From: an uncultured Gemmatimonadaceae bacterium
GTDB lineage: Bacteria; Gemmatimonadota; Gemmatimonadetes; Gemmatimonadales; Gemmatimonadaceae
Assembly: GCA_963822945.1 (NCBI GenBank)
Contig: CAWGJO010000021.1
Location: 64,001-128,000, forward strand
DNA length: 64,000 bases
Direction: 5' to 3'
Shown: piece after piece, positions 62,387 to 64,000 of the stretch
How positions within the stretch are numbered: position 1 is the stretch's first letter
Layout: every line of letters starts with the position of its first letter
Notes under the pieces: model-generated
What the model saw: the letters and a program-made list of their open reading frames with translations, nothing else
Told to the model about the DNA's origin: nothing
The model's database searches: none
Translations under genes and position numbers: made by a program

Positions 62387-63798
62387 GCGGGGGGCGTCTC
62401 CCAATTGACCATGCGGTCATGCGGAACACGGCAGATGACCCATCGAAATTTCCCGGACGGTTCGGCGGGAATCTCCTCCACCATCTGCATTTCGATCCGC
62501 ATCGCCGTCCCGAGTCGCTCACGAAGGCCCGCTTCGAGCTGGCTGCGCTGCTCGGCGGTAAACGCGGTCGAAGGAACGATCGAGACCATCACGTGATCCA
62601 GGGCGTCTTGCACGATTTGCGATTTCAGAATCTGGTCGAACGGTTTGAACGGATGCGTCAGCACCGACGGCGACACGAATCGGCCGTCCGGCGTCACCAC
62701 GATGTCCTCGGCCTTCGTGGTGACGTCGGCGAGGCGCGACAGCCCACGGCCACACCTGCACCGGGCCGGCACGAAGCGGGAGACGTCGGACGTCTGATAG
62801 CGAATGAGCGGCATCCCGAGGTTCCACAGTGAGGTGCCGGTGAGCATCCCGGAATCCCCCTCGCCAACGGTCCGGCCTTCCCGATCGGTGAGCTCCGTGA
62901 CGCCGTACTCGTCGAACAGGTGCTTGCCGCCATGGATCGCGCATTCACCGGCGAACAAGGCCCGTTCGGCAAGGCCATAAAAGTCGAATACGGGGGCGTC
63001 GAACGCTGCGGCCATGGTCTCCCGCTGCACATGGTGCAGCGTCTCGGACGACGTGAGCACGGCCCGCAGAGGCAGGCGTTCCCCGTTTCGGATCAGGTAT
63101 CGCGCCAGAATGAAGAGAGTGGAGGGATAGCCCTCGATGAAGCGAATGCGCCGCCGACGCAACTCCTGAACGTAGATGGGTAGCGTTGTCTCGGATAGGT
63201 GGAAGGACGAGCACCACAGTTGCCGCTGCACGTAGTCCGGCATCCAGAACGGCGGCCTCTGCTGCTCGATGGGAACAACGACGCGCCCGAGGAACAGGGC
63301 GCACCAATCGTTCTGGCGCATGCCGGCCCAGCCTTGCTGACGACGGTACGCCACCATGTTCGCCACGAGTACGGACCGATCGTACCAGAGCGAAAGCGGG
63401 GAGCCCGTCGTGCCACTGGTGTGGCCGTGGACCATCCCACGGGCCGGGCGAGCGAGGAGCGCCGCCCCAGCCTCTCGAACATCTGTCTTGGTCAGCACCG
63501 GCAGCAGCGGCAGATCGGCCACACCCTGGACCTGCCCCACGTTGACGCCGTGCGCATCCCACCGCTGACGGTAGAATGGTACCCGATCGTACGCCGTGCG
63601 CACGACTGCCCCGACGCGCTCGTCCTGCAGCGTGCGCAACGCGGCGGCGTTCCACCACTGGCTCTCTTCCCATTGAGCGGCCAGGCGCCGGAACGCCCGC
63701 CCGTCCCAGTGACTCCGGCGGCGGAGCGCATACGCATTCAGCATCGCCACTCGAGCCCACTGCGGCGCTCGCTGGTATAGGCCCTCCATCCACGCCAT
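62383..63798 (-). CDS. Phenylacetate-CoA ligase-like adenylate-forming protein (CapK-like)
   Basis: VPFYR, LPVLTK, TSGTTGSP, EGYPS, FYGLAE, MPLIRY..SD, CRCGR, SGKFR; ATG 63798 after GGAGG. Confidence 0.9.
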   Translation of the reverse strand: MAWMEGLYQRAPQWARVAMLNAYALRRRSHWDGRAFRRLAAQWEESQWWNAAALRTLQDERVGAVVRTAYDRVPFYRQRWDAHGVNVGQVQGVADLPLLPVLTKTDVREAGAALLARPARGMVHGHTSGTTGSPLSLWYDRSVLVANMVAYRRQQGWAGMRQNDWCALFLGRVVVPIEQQRPPFWMPDYVQRQLWCSSFHLSETTLPIYVQELRRRRIRFIEGYPSTLFILARYLIRNGERLPLRAVLTSSETLHHVQRETMAAAFDAPVFDFYGLAERALFAGECAIHGGKHLFDEYGVTELTDREGRTVGEGDSGMLTGTSLWNLGMPLIRYQTSDVSRFVPARCRCGRGLSRLADVTTKAEDIVVTPDGRFVSPSVLTHPFKPFDQILKSQIVQDALDHVMVSIVPSTAFTAEQRSQLEAGLRERLGTAMRIEMQMVEEIPAEPSGKFRWVICRVPHDRMVNWETPPA

Positions 63799-63835
63799 TA
63801 CTTTCCCTCCAAGACACGATTCTCTGCCCGCCCGC

Positions 63836-63851
63836 CGGCACGATTCGTGCA
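63836..63851 (+). promoter_or_regulatory. Candidate sigma-54 promoter or palindromic operator
   Basis: CGGCACGATTCGTGCA: GG-N10-GC spacing, and also the palindrome GCACGA-T-TCGTGC. Confidence 0.45.
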
Positions 63852-63985
63852 ATTTCCGGGCCACATTGTAGCCACTTTTCTTGCCTTGACTTTGATTCCG
63901 TCGCAGCCTCCCTTACACCGCCGACCACCGGGACCCCGTAACCCATGACGATCCCCACCTTGACGCCTTCGGGCCGGTCCCGCTG

Positions 63986-64000
63986 ATGTGCGGTATCTGC
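63986..64000 (+). CDS. Probable start of a second class II glutamine amidotransferase (AsnB-like), truncated by the window edge
   Basis: ATG TGC GGT ATC TGC = MCGIC; only 5 codons visible. Confidence 0.6.

Overview
High-GC bacterial chromosomal window. Gene content and protein style suggest Gemmatimonadota (inference only). Left to right: partial signal peptidase I, aldehyde dehydrogenase, NtrX-like sigma-54 regulator, ThpR, LarE and a TPR-like protein; a three-gene secreted Asp-box cassette; a monoheme cytochrome c plus Cyc2-type cytochrome-porin operon; an Ig-domain protein, a DUF305/LVIVD pair and ComM/YifB; a tandem pseudokinase-kinase, a frameshifted semialdehyde dehydrogenase, a very large NtrY-like kinase and a creatininase-family gene. 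Next is a TolC-MacA-ATPase exporter with six MacB-type permeases in three A/B pairs, interrupted by a beta-barrel + OmpA pair; then bshB1, a cysteine desulfurase, mnmA, dnaJ and grpE. The right end is the start of an XrtA/PEP-CTERM-type exopolysaccharide locus, which contains a GEMM-I riboswitch with the A20 (cGAMP-type) variant upstream of two lipoproteins that share a duplicated jelly-roll domain. Four clear single-base insertions (in three genes) and one probable indel look like sequencing errors. No tRNA, rRNA, CRISPR array or transposase was seen.
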